NCBI GenBank assembly: GCA_031388175.1
Contig: JANNEA010000033.1
Coordinates: forward strand, 1-45,462
Direction: 5' to 3'
DNA from: Gammaproteobacteria bacterium
GTDB lineage: Bacteria > Pseudomonadota > Gammaproteobacteria > Natronospirales > JANNEA01
DNA: 45,462 nucleotides
Positions 28,210 to 36,244 of the stretch are shown here, piece by piece. Each line of letters begins with the position of its first letter. Position 1 is the first letter of the stretch. The position numbers and the translations under genes are program-made. The notes below the pieces were generated by a model. The model searched no databases, was not told the origin of the DNA, and saw only the letters and a list, made by a program, of their open reading frames with translations.

Positions 28210-29766
28210 ATGCACGCGACTGTCCGCAACCCCGCTACCGGCGCGCTGATCGGCGAGTTCCCGTTCCTCGACGCCGAGGCACTGCGCGCGCACATCGCTG
28301 CGGCGCGGGCGGCGCAACCGGCGTGGGCTGCGCTGCCGCTCGCCCGGCGCCGCGCCTGCGTCGATGACGCGCGCCAATGGCTGGTCGAGCACGGCGACCA
28401 CCTGGCCGCCACGATCTCGGACTGCGTCGGCAAGACCCAGCTCGAGGCCTACGCAACCGAAGTGATGCCTTCGATCGCCGGCGCCGCCTGGTACGCGGCG
28501 CACGCGCGCGGCGAGCTCGCGCCGAAGCGACTGGCCGCCGGCTCGCTGCTGCTCATCTACAAGCGCGCCACGCTGCAGCGCCTGCCCTGGGGCGTGGTCG
28601 GCATCATCTCGCCGTGGAACTACCCGCTCGGCATCCCGATGCACGAGATCGTGCCGGCGCTGCTCGCCGGCAACAGCGTCGTGTTCAAGACGGCACCTGA
28701 GACGGTGACCGTCGGCACCCTGATCGAGGAGATGTGGGCCGCGGTCGGCCTGCCGGCCGGCGTGTTCCAGCACGCGAACGCTGACGGCCCCGTTGCGGGC
28801 GAGGTGTTCCTGGGCCAGGGCGGCGTGGACAAGCTGTTCTTCACTGGCTCGCCGCGCGTGGGGCGCTGGCTGATGCAGCGCGCCGCCGAACGTCTGGTGC
28901 CGCTGTCGCTCGAGCTCGGCGGCAAGGACGCGATGATCGTCTGTGACGACGCCAACCTCGAGCGCGCCGCGGCCTGCGCGGTCTGGGCAGGCATGTCGAA
29001 CGCCGGGCAGTCCTGTGCCGGCGTCGAGCGGGTCTACGTGGATCGCCGCGTCTACCCCGCGTTCCTCGCGGTGCTCAAGGAAAAGGTCGACGCGCTGCGC
29101 ATCGGCCCCGACCTCGGCGCGCACGCGGTCGACATCGGCGCGCTCTGCACCGCGCGCCAGGCCGACCTGGTGCGCGCCCACCTCGCCGAAGCCATGGCGG
29201 CGGGCGCGACCATCCACGCGCAGGCGACGCTGCCGCGTGATCTTGGCCCGCAGTTCGTCGCGCCGGTGGTGCTGACCGGCGTCGACCATTCGATGCGCGT
29301 GATGCGCGAGGAGACCTTCGGCCCGGTACTCGGCGTGATGCCGGTCGCCGACGACGCCGAGGCGCTCCGGCTCGCGAACGATTCGATCTACGGTCTGTCC
29401 GGTTCGGTCTGGTCACGCGACGGCAGGCGCGCTGCGCGGCTCGCCGCGCAGCTGCGTGCTGGCGCGGTGATGGTGAACGACCACCTGCTTTCGCATGGCC
29501 TGACCGAGACGCCCTGGGGCGGCTTCGGTGATTCCGGCATCGGTCGTGGTCACGGCCGCTTTGCCTTCGACGAGGTCACCGCATCGCGCGTGGTGGTGCG
29601 CGATTGGCTCGACTTCCTGCCGCGCCAACCTTTCTGGCAGCCCTATGGTCGCGCCACCTACGACGCGCTCAGCGGCATGGTCCACGCGCTCTACGGTCGC
29701 GGACTCTGGCGCCGGCTCGCGGGCCTGGTCCGCGGCATCAAATTGTTGCGTGGATTCCTGCGCTGA
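28210..29766 (+). CDS. NAD(P)-dependent aldehyde dehydrogenase
   Basis: 'FKTAPETV', 'FTGSPRVGR', catalytic Glu in 'LELGGKDA' and catalytic Cys in 'NAGQSCAGVERVYV'. 518 aa. Confidence 0.9.
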   Translation: MHATVRNPATGALIGEFPFLDAEALRAHIAAARAAQPAWAALPLARRRACVDDARQWLVEHGDHLAATISDCVGKTQLEAYATEVMPSIAGAAWYAAHARGELAPKRLAAGSLLLIYKRATLQRLPWGVVGIISPWNYPLGIPMHEIVPALLAGNSVVFKTAPETVTVGTLIEEMWAAVGLPAGVFQHANADGPVAGEVFLGQGGVDKLFFTGSPRVGRWLMQRAAERLVPLSLELGGKDAMIVCDDANLERAAACAVWAGMSNAGQSCAGVERVYVDRRVYPAFLAVLKEKVDALRIGPDLGAHAVDIGALCTARQADLVRAHLAEAMAAGATIHAQATLPRDLGPQFVAPVVLTGVDHSMRVMREETFGPVLGVMPVADDAEALRLANDSIYGLSGSVWSRDGRRAARLAAQLRAGAVMVNDHLLSHGLTETPWGGFGDSGIGRGHGRFAFDEVTASRVVVRDWLDFLPRQPFWQPYGRATYDALSGMVHALYGRGLWRRLAGLVRGIKLLRGFLR

Positions 29767-29769
29767 GCC

Positions 29770-30639
29770 TCACGCTGGCGGTGGCTTGATCTCGTCCTGC
29801 ACGATCAAGCGCAGCAACCAGTCACCCGCGACGCGCTCCCACACCAGCAAATAGACGAAACGCTGCTCGGTGGCGGCGTCGAGCCAGGCGCCACGCCCGT
29901 AGCTGAAGCCGAGATCGCCGCTCGCCGCGGCACGCAGGCCGTCCTTCGCCAACTTGAGCTTCGGATGATCGGCCAGCGCCTGGCGCACCGCGTCGGCGCC
30001 GATCACGGGCGCAACACCGGTGCGATGCAGGCGGGCCGCAGGATGGAGGCGCGCACCGAACGCCGCCGCCGCATCCGCTTCGGCCATGCTCGCGAGCAGC
30101 GCGTCGGCGCGCGCGAGGCCGCTGGTGAAGCCGGCCGCGCCGGCAAGCACTGGCGCGCACGGCGCCTGAGCGCCGCTCTCGACCCAATCTGGTTCGCGCG
30201 GAGCGTCGAGCGGGATGCCGATGCCGAGGTCGACCAACACCTTCCAGGGGCCGTCGGCGCCACGCGTCCAGATCGAGGAGTAATAGCCACGCCGAACGAC
30301 CTCACCGCCGGGCTGGCGGCGGTACTCGGCCGGACCCGTGGTCCAACCGAGGTCGCCGCTGCACGCAGCGCCTGCCACCGCCGGTCCCCAAACGATGTTC
30401 ACGCCCCAGGGCGGCCCTTCGGTGAGCGCGGGGAAGGCCGGGCTCGGCTCGGGCGAGAACAGGATGGCATCGGGCGCAAAGTTCTCCACGAACGCATCGC
30501 GGGCGTTGACCACCTGGGCGCGCGCCGAGAACGCGCGCTCGGCGGCGACCACCTCGGCGATCGGACGCGTGACCGGAGGCGGCGCCTCCGCGCAAGCGAC
30601 GGACAGGAGCAGCGGCAGCACGAGCGAGGCGTGTTTCAT
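29770..30639 (-). CDS. Lipoprotein with two NTF2-like (DUF4440/SnoaL-type) halves
   Basis: 'MKHASLVLPLLLSVAC' lipobox. 'AAERAFSARAQVVNARDAFVENFAPDAILF' and a second similar half 'ADALLASMAEADAAAAFGARLHPAARL' resemble DUF4440-type domains. Confidence 0.5.
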   Translation of the reverse strand: MKHASLVLPLLLSVACAEAPPPVTRPIAEVVAAERAFSARAQVVNARDAFVENFAPDAILFSPEPSPAFPALTEGPPWGVNIVWGPAVAGAACSGDLGWTTGPAEYRRQPGGEVVRRGYYSSIWTRGADGPWKVLVDLGIGIPLDAPREPDWVESGAQAPCAPVLAGAAGFTSGLARADALLASMAEADAAAAFGARLHPAARLHRTGVAPVIGADAVRQALADHPKLKLAKDGLRAAASGDLGFSYGRGAWLDAATEQRFVYLLVWERVAGDWLLRLIVQDEIKPPPA

Positions 30640-30739
30640 GCCACAACCCTAGCAGCGTGCCGGTATGGGCGAGTGGCGACGCGCCGGACCTGGCCGCGCG
30701 CACGGTCGATGGCTCCAGTCATGGGGTAGTCTGCCGGCC

Positions 30740-31174
30740 ATGCGTGCAGCCCTCCTCGTCCTCTGCCTTGCCCTCGGCGCCTGCCCCAGCACGAAACTCG
30801 CCGCTGGTCCCTTGCCGCTCATGCCGCTCGCGCAGGAGAACTACAGCGCCGCCAAGGAACAGCGGCGCGAGGTACTGCGCGACGCCACCACCTGGCAGAA
30901 GCTCTGGAGCGAGCTGCAGCAACAGCGACGGCTCGCACCACCGGTCGACTTCGAGCGGCAGATGGTGCTGTTCGCGGCGCTCGGCGAACGCCGCACCGGC
31001 GGTCATGCGATCGAGATCGTCCGCGCCGAAGTCGTCGAAGGCACGCTCATCGTGCATGTGCGTGAGACCAGTCCGACTCCCGGCGCGCGCGCCACCATGG
31101 CCTTGACCGCGCCACTGCACGCGGTCGCGGTCGCGCGCAGCGATCTGCCGGTACGCTGGTTCACCGTGCCTTGA
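30740..31174 (+). CDS. PrcB-like (protease complex subunit PrcB C-terminal domain) lipoprotein
   Basis: In-frame ATG 'MRAALLVLCLALGAC' (lipobox). 'GERRTGGHAIEIVRAEVVEGTLIVHVRETSPTPGA..TMALTAPLHAVAV' matches the PrcB_C pattern. Confidence 0.65.
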   Translation: MRAALLVLCLALGACPSTKLAAGPLPLMPLAQENYSAAKEQRREVLRDATTWQKLWSELQQQRRLAPPVDFERQMVLFAALGERRTGGHAIEIVRAEVVEGTLIVHVRETSPTPGARATMALTAPLHAVAVARSDLPVRWFTVP

Positions 31175-31769
31175 GTTTGGTCAGCTGGCGGTCGTGCCAG
31201 CGGCCGAGCAGCAGCTGCGACGCGATCGAGCCGCACAGCGCAAGGAACATGTCCCATTGCGTGTCCCAGGGGTCGCCCTGCGTGCCGAGGAAGGCCGCGG
31301 CGCCCTCCTCCGACAGCAGCGCCGTCCACCATTCCAGGAACTCGTAGACCGCGCTGATCGCGAGGCAGACGCAGCAGATCGTGAAGAAGCGCCAGGCGGC
31401 GCCGCGCACCACGTCTAGCCGCAGGAAAATCTCACGCGCGATCAGCGCCGGCACGAAGCCCTGCAGCAGATGGCCCAACCGGTCGTAGTGGTTGCGTGCA
31501 AAGCCGAAGGCGTCGCGCACCCAATCGCCGAGCGGCACCTCGGCGTAGGTATAGTGACCGCCGACCATCAGCACGATGGCGTGCAACGCGATCAAGCAGT
31601 AGACGAGATCGGTCAGAGGGAAGCGACGGTAGGTCCACGCCAACAGCGGCAGCGCGAGCACCACCGGAAACACCTCGAGCATCCAGGTCGGGACGTCCTT
31701 CGGGCCGATGCCGGACCAGACGAAGACTGCAGCGACGAGCGCGAGCAGGGCGAGATGGAGCGTCTTCAT
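31161..31769 (-). CDS. DUF2238 (YjdF-like) inner-membrane protein
   Basis: 'GGHYTYAEVPLGDWVRDAFGFARNHYDRLGHLLQGF' is the hallmark DUF2238 segment. 202 aa with multiple TM helices. It is the last gene of the overlapping operon. Confidence 0.8.
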   Translation of the reverse strand: MKTLHLALLALVAAVFVWSGIGPKDVPTWMLEVFPVVLALPLLAWTYRRFPLTDLVYCLIALHAIVLMVGGHYTYAEVPLGDWVRDAFGFARNHYDRLGHLLQGFVPALIAREIFLRLDVVRGAAWRFFTICCVCLAISAVYEFLEWWTALLSEEGAAAFLGTQGDPWDTQWDMFLALCGSIASQLLLGRWHDRQLTKLKAR

Positions 31770-32140
31770 GTGCTGAGGTGCGCCAGGTCGCCAGCCTGCT
31801 CCCAGTTGCGACCGTCGAAGGGCTTGAGCACCAACCGCTCGACCGTCGCCGAATCAAGGCAGCGCGCGTTGACGCTCCAGCCGTCGGGGTTCGAACGCGG
31901 CCGGTAGAACGCCTTCACGCCGCAGCGGCTGCAGAACAGGTGCTTCGCCACACCAGTGTTAAAGGTGTAGGTGGTCAGCGCGTCTGCGCCGGCCTGCAGC
32001 CGGAAGCGCGATTCGGCGACGATGAGGTGCAGGAACGCGGTCTTGGCGCAGATCGAACAGTTGCACTCGTAGGCCTCGATGACCGCCGGCGCCTCGACTT
32101 CGAAACGCACTGCGCCGCAATGGCAGCTGCCACGATGCAT
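31766..32140 (-). CDS. GFA-family (CENP-V/glutathione-dependent formaldehyde-activating-like) zinc protein
   Basis: Internal ATG 'MHRGSCHCGAVRFEV', 'CNCSICAK', 'HLFCSRCG' and 'VNARCL' give the conserved Cys pattern of the GFA domain. 124 aa. Confidence 0.85.
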   Translation of the reverse strand: MHRGSCHCGAVRFEVEAPAVIEAYECNCSICAKTAFLHLIVAESRFRLQAGADALTTYTFNTGVAKHLFCSRCGVKAFYRPRSNPDGWSVNARCLDSATVERLVLKPFDGRNWEQAGDLAHLST

Positions 32141-32604
32141 CACGGCTTCTCCCGCGCCCGCGTCCAACTGGTGCTGCGCCCGAGCAGCGCGAAGCCGATG
32201 TAGCCGCGGACCCGCAGCGTCTCGCCGTCGAACCACATCTTGCACTTGTAGGTCTTGCCGTTCTCCGGATCGTAGATGGTGCCCTCGCGCCACAGCTCGC
32301 CATCGAAGCGGAAGCCGGCGACGATGCGCAGACCGATGATCCGCTGCGCGCGCTTGTCCTGGTGCGGGTTCTCGCGATCGACCTTGATCCGGCCGGCCAT
32401 GCCCTGCTCATCGTCGGCGGGATACAGCGGCTCCTTCAGCCACACGATCGCGCCTTGATAGCGATCACCGACGCGCTCGATGCGCACCTGGGCGTCAGCC
32501 TTTTCGGTCAACCACAACCCGAGCACGCGATCGGCACCAGCGGTTGCGCCGCTCGCGGCCGCTGCGCCGAAGCACAGCAGCAGCAATAGCGCGAGCCGCG
32601 TCAT
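32140..32604 (-). CDS. DUF2147 periplasmic protein
   Basis: Signal peptide 'MTRLALLLLLCFGAAAASG'. 'GLWLTEKADAQVRI', 'GAIVWL', 'GTIYDPENGKTYKCKMWFDGETLRVRGYIG' match the DUF2147 signature. Confidence 0.85.
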   Translation of the reverse strand: MTRLALLLLLCFGAAAASGATAGADRVLGLWLTEKADAQVRIERVGDRYQGAIVWLKEPLYPADDEQGMAGRIKVDRENPHQDKRAQRIIGLRIVAGFRFDGELWREGTIYDPENGKTYKCKMWFDGETLRVRGYIGFALLGRSTSWTRAREKP

Positions 32605-33641
32605 GCGGCACCTCCGGCGGTCACTGGATGCGCAGCGCGATAGGCGCGCGTGCGCGGCCCCATCACCCGCTCCCACAGCGGTGGCAGCAATGCCAGCAGG
32701 ACCATCCCGGAGTATCCGGTCGGCAGCTGCGGGCTCTGCTCGAGATGCTGCAGTGTCTGATAGGGCCGCGCGTGGTCGATGTGGTGATGCGAATGACGCT
32801 GCAAGTTGAACAGGAACCAGTTGGTCAAGCGATGGCTGGCGTTCCAGGAATGCTGCGCCGTCACCGGCGCCCAGCCGCCGTCGGAGTGACGCGCACGCTC
32901 CAGTCCGTAGTGCTCGACGTAGTTCACGGATTCGAGCAGCGTGATCGCGACCATGGCCTGCAACGCCAGCAGGGCCAGTGCGGCGACGCCGCCAAGCACC
33001 GTGCCTACTGCGAACAAGAACGCAGTGAGCAGTCCGCCCAGCACCACACCGTTGCGCGGCAGGGGCGCGCGCTCGAACGCCCAGGCGCTGCGCAGACCGC
33101 CCGCCACTGTGCGTGGCAGGAAACGCCAGAAGCCCTCACCGAGGCGTGCGCTCGCCGGATCATCCGTCGTCGCCACGCGGCCGTGGTGACCACGGTTGTG
33201 CTCAATCAGGAAATGGCTGTACGCGACGCTGCCGAGCAGCAACCAGGCAAGAGTGCGGCCCGCGCGATCGCGCTTGTGCCCGAGCTCATGCGCCACCGTG
33301 ATGCCGATGCCGCCGGTCGCGATGCCGGTCGCCAGCGCCACGCCGACGAGTTCGACCGGAGCCAGGTTCGGTGCCAGCCAGGCGACGCCCGCGAGCAACG
33401 CGAAGTGCAAGGCGCCATAGGCGAACAGGACCGCGCGGTACCACACGGCCTGCGCCAACATCCGCTCCTGGTCCGCGGTGGGGTTCCATCGATCCGGGCC
33501 GAACGCGTGGTCGAGCACGGGGAGCACGCCGAACACGAACACCGGCGTCAGCAGGTTCCAGGTCCCGCCCGCGAACGCACCGAGGAGCGCCAGGATCGGC
33601 AGCCCGAGCGGCAGCACGAAGCCGGCGCCCCGCAGGTTCAC
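32601..33641 (-). CDS. alkB: AlkB-type integral-membrane di-iron hydroxylase (alkane 1-monooxygenase family)
   Basis: GTG start. His boxes 'HELGHK', 'EHNRGHH' and 'LQRHSHHH', plus the AlkB-specific 'NYVEHYGL' motif. 346 aa. Confidence 0.85.
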   Translation of the reverse strand: MNLRGAGFVLPLGLPILALLGAFAGGTWNLLTPVFVFGVLPVLDHAFGPDRWNPTADQERMLAQAVWYRAVLFAYGALHFALLAGVAWLAPNLAPVELVGVALATGIATGGIGITVAHELGHKRDRAGRTLAWLLLGSVAYSHFLIEHNRGHHGRVATTDDPASARLGEGFWRFLPRTVAGGLRSAWAFERAPLPRNGVVLGGLLTAFLFAVGTVLGGVAALALLALQAMVAITLLESVNYVEHYGLERARHSDGGWAPVTAQHSWNASHRLTNWFLFNLQRHSHHHIDHARPYQTLQHLEQSPQLPTGYSGMVLLALLPPLWERVMGPRTRAYRAAHPVTAGGAA

Positions 33642-34654
33642 CCGCGAATGCCCCGCGTGCGCTTCGGGTCATTGATCTCGACCACCATCGCCAAGTGCTT
33701 GCCGTCGCGGCTCACGGCCAGGCGCTTGATGTCACCCGGCAGGTCACTGAGCTCGGCGAGCGCGGTCCACCCGCTGCCCGGTTTGCCGTCCCAGCGCAGC
33801 AGCCACTTGCCCTTCGCCATCAGCAGCGTGCCATCCGGCAGCCAGCAGAAGTCCTCGCTGCGCGCGCCATCTGCTTCATCTGGCGGACCAGGTGGCGTCG
33901 CGATCAGCGCGTTCGGTTTGAGGTCGCCTGGTGCGAGCGTGGCCACCGTCCAGGCCTTGGCGTTGGACTTGTCGACGAAGGTCACCCGACCGTCAGGCGC
34001 GCGACTGAGCGAACGGCCGATGTCGTAGGCCAGCGGCGTGACCTTGCCGCTCGCGGAATCCACGATCACCAGTCGGTTCGGCAGCTTGGCGTCGCCGCCA
34101 CCGACGATGAACGCGGCGAAGCGCGTCGCGTCGATCCAGGCGTGGTAGCCGACGCGGTTCAGACTGGCGACGACCGCACCCTGCGCAACACCGTCCATGC
34201 CATAGCGGTACAGGTGCTGCGATTCGGTGTAGGCCTCACCTTCGGCCTTGGGCGACTCGACCCGCACCGCAGAGAAGCCGCCAGCAGCAAGCAGCGTCGG
34301 CGAGAACTCGGCCTCGGGCGTGTTGGTGACCTGCACGCGCGCGCCGCTGGCCAGCTCGTAGCGCCAGACATCGGTCTGGTCACCGTCGCCGTCGGCGACG
34401 TAGAGCACCGCGCTGCCGTCGAGCGTGAACGCCGGCTGGTTGTCGTACCCATCGCGGTCGGTGATGTTCACCGGCGGCGCAACCTTGCCGACATCGAGAT
34501 AAAGGTCGGCGACGAACACATCCGTGTCCGGCGGCGCTGACGTTGCAGGCGCAACCGCGGCCGGCACCGCCGGGCCGGCCGACGCAATCCCGGCGCAGGT
34601 GGTGATCAGCAGCAGCAAGCTTCGGCGCAACATGGAAGACCTCATGACAGTCAC
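33638..34654 (-). CDS. Periplasmic beta-propeller protein (TolB/PD40-like repeats)
   Basis: Signal peptide 'MLRRSLLLLITTCAGIASA'. Repeated 'D.QP.F..DG..L.Y' / 'EFSPTL' / 'SRDGKHLA' strands are typical of WD40-like beta-propeller (PD40) repeats. Starts at a GTG that overlaps the upstream stop, or at an ATG 9 nt further in. Confidence 0.6.
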   Translation of the reverse strand: MTVMRSSMLRRSLLLLITTCAGIASAGPAVPAAVAPATSAPPDTDVFVADLYLDVGKVAPPVNITDRDGYDNQPAFTLDGSAVLYVADGDGDQTDVWRYELASGARVQVTNTPEAEFSPTLLAAGGFSAVRVESPKAEGEAYTESQHLYRYGMDGVAQGAVVASLNRVGYHAWIDATRFAAFIVGGGDAKLPNRLVIVDSASGKVTPLAYDIGRSLSRAPDGRVTFVDKSNAKAWTVATLAPGDLKPNALIATPPGPPDEADGARSEDFCWLPDGTLLMAKGKWLLRWDGKPGSGWTALAELSDLPGDIKRLAVSRDGKHLAMVVEINDPKRTRGIRG

Positions 34655-35262
34655 TTGACGCGGCGCACCGCGATTGAACGCTTGGTCTCGACCAAACGCA
34701 GTTTGTAGCCGATCAGGCCCCGTTCGATCGTGACCTCCGGATCATTGGCCTTGTGGCGATAGACGCCTGGCGTCGATTGACGCCAGACCTGACCGTTGTC
34801 GAGCGTGAAGCGCGTCTTCCCGTCCCAGCCCGTGAACTCGCCCAGCACACGGGCGCGCAGCTCTTTCAGATCACCGTCGACCGCGTCCTGCTCCAGGCCG
34901 AACGCCGCCGTGGTGCCGATCGTCACGGGGGCGCGGGGCGCAGCCGCGGGCACGGACGCAGATGCCGCCGTCGCCGCAGATGCCACCGGCACCGCAGGTA
35001 CGATAACGGCCTGCACCGTCACGCCATCGGAGCTGAACTCGACCGTCGGCGACATCACCGGCACTGGCCTGCCGTCGATATGGCGCTCGATCCAGCGCGC
35101 GAGCTCCGCGCGCTCCGCGACGCTGAGCTTCTGCAGGCCCATGGCCTGCGCCTGATCTGCCCCGACCCTCTGCTCGAGTGGATCAGCCGCACTCAGCGGT
35201 GACAGTGCCAGCAGCAATACCAAAGGCACGCCACGCGCGCCGATCTCGATGGACCTTTTCAT
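34651..35262 (-). CDS. Secreted hypothetical protein (203 aa), no family recognised
   Basis: Signal peptide 'GARGVPLVLLLALSPLSAA'. Helical N-domain, A/P/V-rich linker, then a C-terminal beta-rich module 'GWDGKTRFTLDNGQVWRQ...IERGLIGYKLRLV'. Overlaps both neighbouring genes by 4 nt. Confidence 0.6.
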   Translation of the reverse strand: MKRSIEIGARGVPLVLLLALSPLSAADPLEQRVGADQAQAMGLQKLSVAERAELARWIERHIDGRPVPVMSPTVEFSSDGVTVQAVIVPAVPVASAATAASASVPAAAPRAPVTIGTTAAFGLEQDAVDGDLKELRARVLGEFTGWDGKTRFTLDNGQVWRQSTPGVYRHKANDPEVTIERGLIGYKLRLVETKRSIAVRRVK

Positions 35263-36224
35263 CCGTGGTGCTCCTGCGTTGTGATCCAGGGCAATGCGTC
35301 GAGGTCGACGTTGCCGCCGGAGATGATGATGCCGACGCGTCGACCGGTGGCCGAAATGCGGCCCTCGAACAGGGCCGCCAAGGGGACCGCTGCCGACGGC
35401 TCAACCACCAGCTTGGCGTGCTCCCACAGGAAGCGCATCGCACGGATGATCGCGGCGTCGTCGACCGTGACGATGTCGTCGAGCAAGGCCTTGAGGATCG
35501 GCAGCGTGTTGTGGCCCACCGTGGCGCGCAGGCCATCCGCGATCGTGTTCGGCTGTGCCACCGGCGTGACCGCGCCAGCGCGAAGCGAACGCAGCGCATC
35601 ATCGGCCCCCGCGGGCTCCACGCCGTAGAGCCCGATCCGCGGTCGCAGCTGGCGCGCCACCACGGCGCAGCCGCTCATCAGGCCACCGCCACCGATCGGC
35701 GCCAGCAGCAGATCGAGCTCGGGGACCTCATGCATCAGTTCGAGCGCTGCGGTGCCCTGCCCGGCCATCACCCGATGGTCTTCGAAGGGGTGCACGACCG
35801 CGGCGCCAGTGCGCGCCACCAGCGCGGCGAGCGCGGCCTCGCGGGCCGCCATCGTCGGCTCGCAGAGGATGATCTCCGCACCGTGGCCCGCCACCGCGGC
35901 CTGCTTGAACTTCGACACGTCATCCGGCATCACCACGTGGGCGCGGGCCCCGCGCTCGCGCGCCGCGCGTGCCAGCGCCGTAGCGTGGTTGCCCGAGGAA
36001 TGGGTCGCGACGCCGCGGGCCAACTCGTCGCTGCTGAGCTGGAGCACCGCGTTGCAGGCGCCGCGGTACTTGAACGCACCGATGCGCTGCAGGTTCTCGC
36101 ATTTGAGGAACACGCGGCCGCCGATGCGGCGGTCGAGCTCATCGTTGGTCAACACTGGGGTACGCAGCACCAGCGGCGCGAGCCGCGCAGCCGCGTCCTG
36201 CACGTCCCTATAGGTCAATCGCAT
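35259..36224 (-). CDS. PLP-dependent threonine/serine dehydratase (serine-racemase/TdcB-like)
   Basis: Internal ATG 'MRLTYRDVQDAAARL'. PLP-lysine motif 'ENLQRIGAFKYRGACNAV', 'SSGNHA' and the glycine loop 'PIGGGGLMSG'. 321 aa. Confidence 0.85.
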   Translation of the reverse strand: MRLTYRDVQDAAARLAPLVLRTPVLTNDELDRRIGGRVFLKCENLQRIGAFKYRGACNAVLQLSSDELARGVATHSSGNHATALARAARERGARAHVVMPDDVSKFKQAAVAGHGAEIILCEPTMAAREAALAALVARTGAAVVHPFEDHRVMAGQGTAALELMHEVPELDLLLAPIGGGGLMSGCAVVARQLRPRIGLYGVEPAGADDALRSLRAGAVTPVAQPNTIADGLRATVGHNTLPILKALLDDIVTVDDAAIIRAMRFLWEHAKLVVEPSAAVPLAALFEGRISATGRRVGIIISGGNVDLDALPWITTQEHHG

Positions 36225-36244
36225 GGCCGCGAGGATACTAGAAT

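Noticed and set aside
25819-29289. The longest ORF in the window (1156 aa, minus strand), plus similar giants at 22015..24603 (-, 862 aa), 12241..14103 (-, 620 aa), 1689..3071 (-), 7121..8185 (-), 8352..9284 (-) and 19509..20609 (-).
   Set aside because: All are antisense to genes with unambiguous family motifs (ALDH, DUF5916-like, ppsA, RND, permease, MFP, pgm). Their translations are R/A/G/D/H-rich with no motifs. Stop-poor antisense frames are expected at this GC content.
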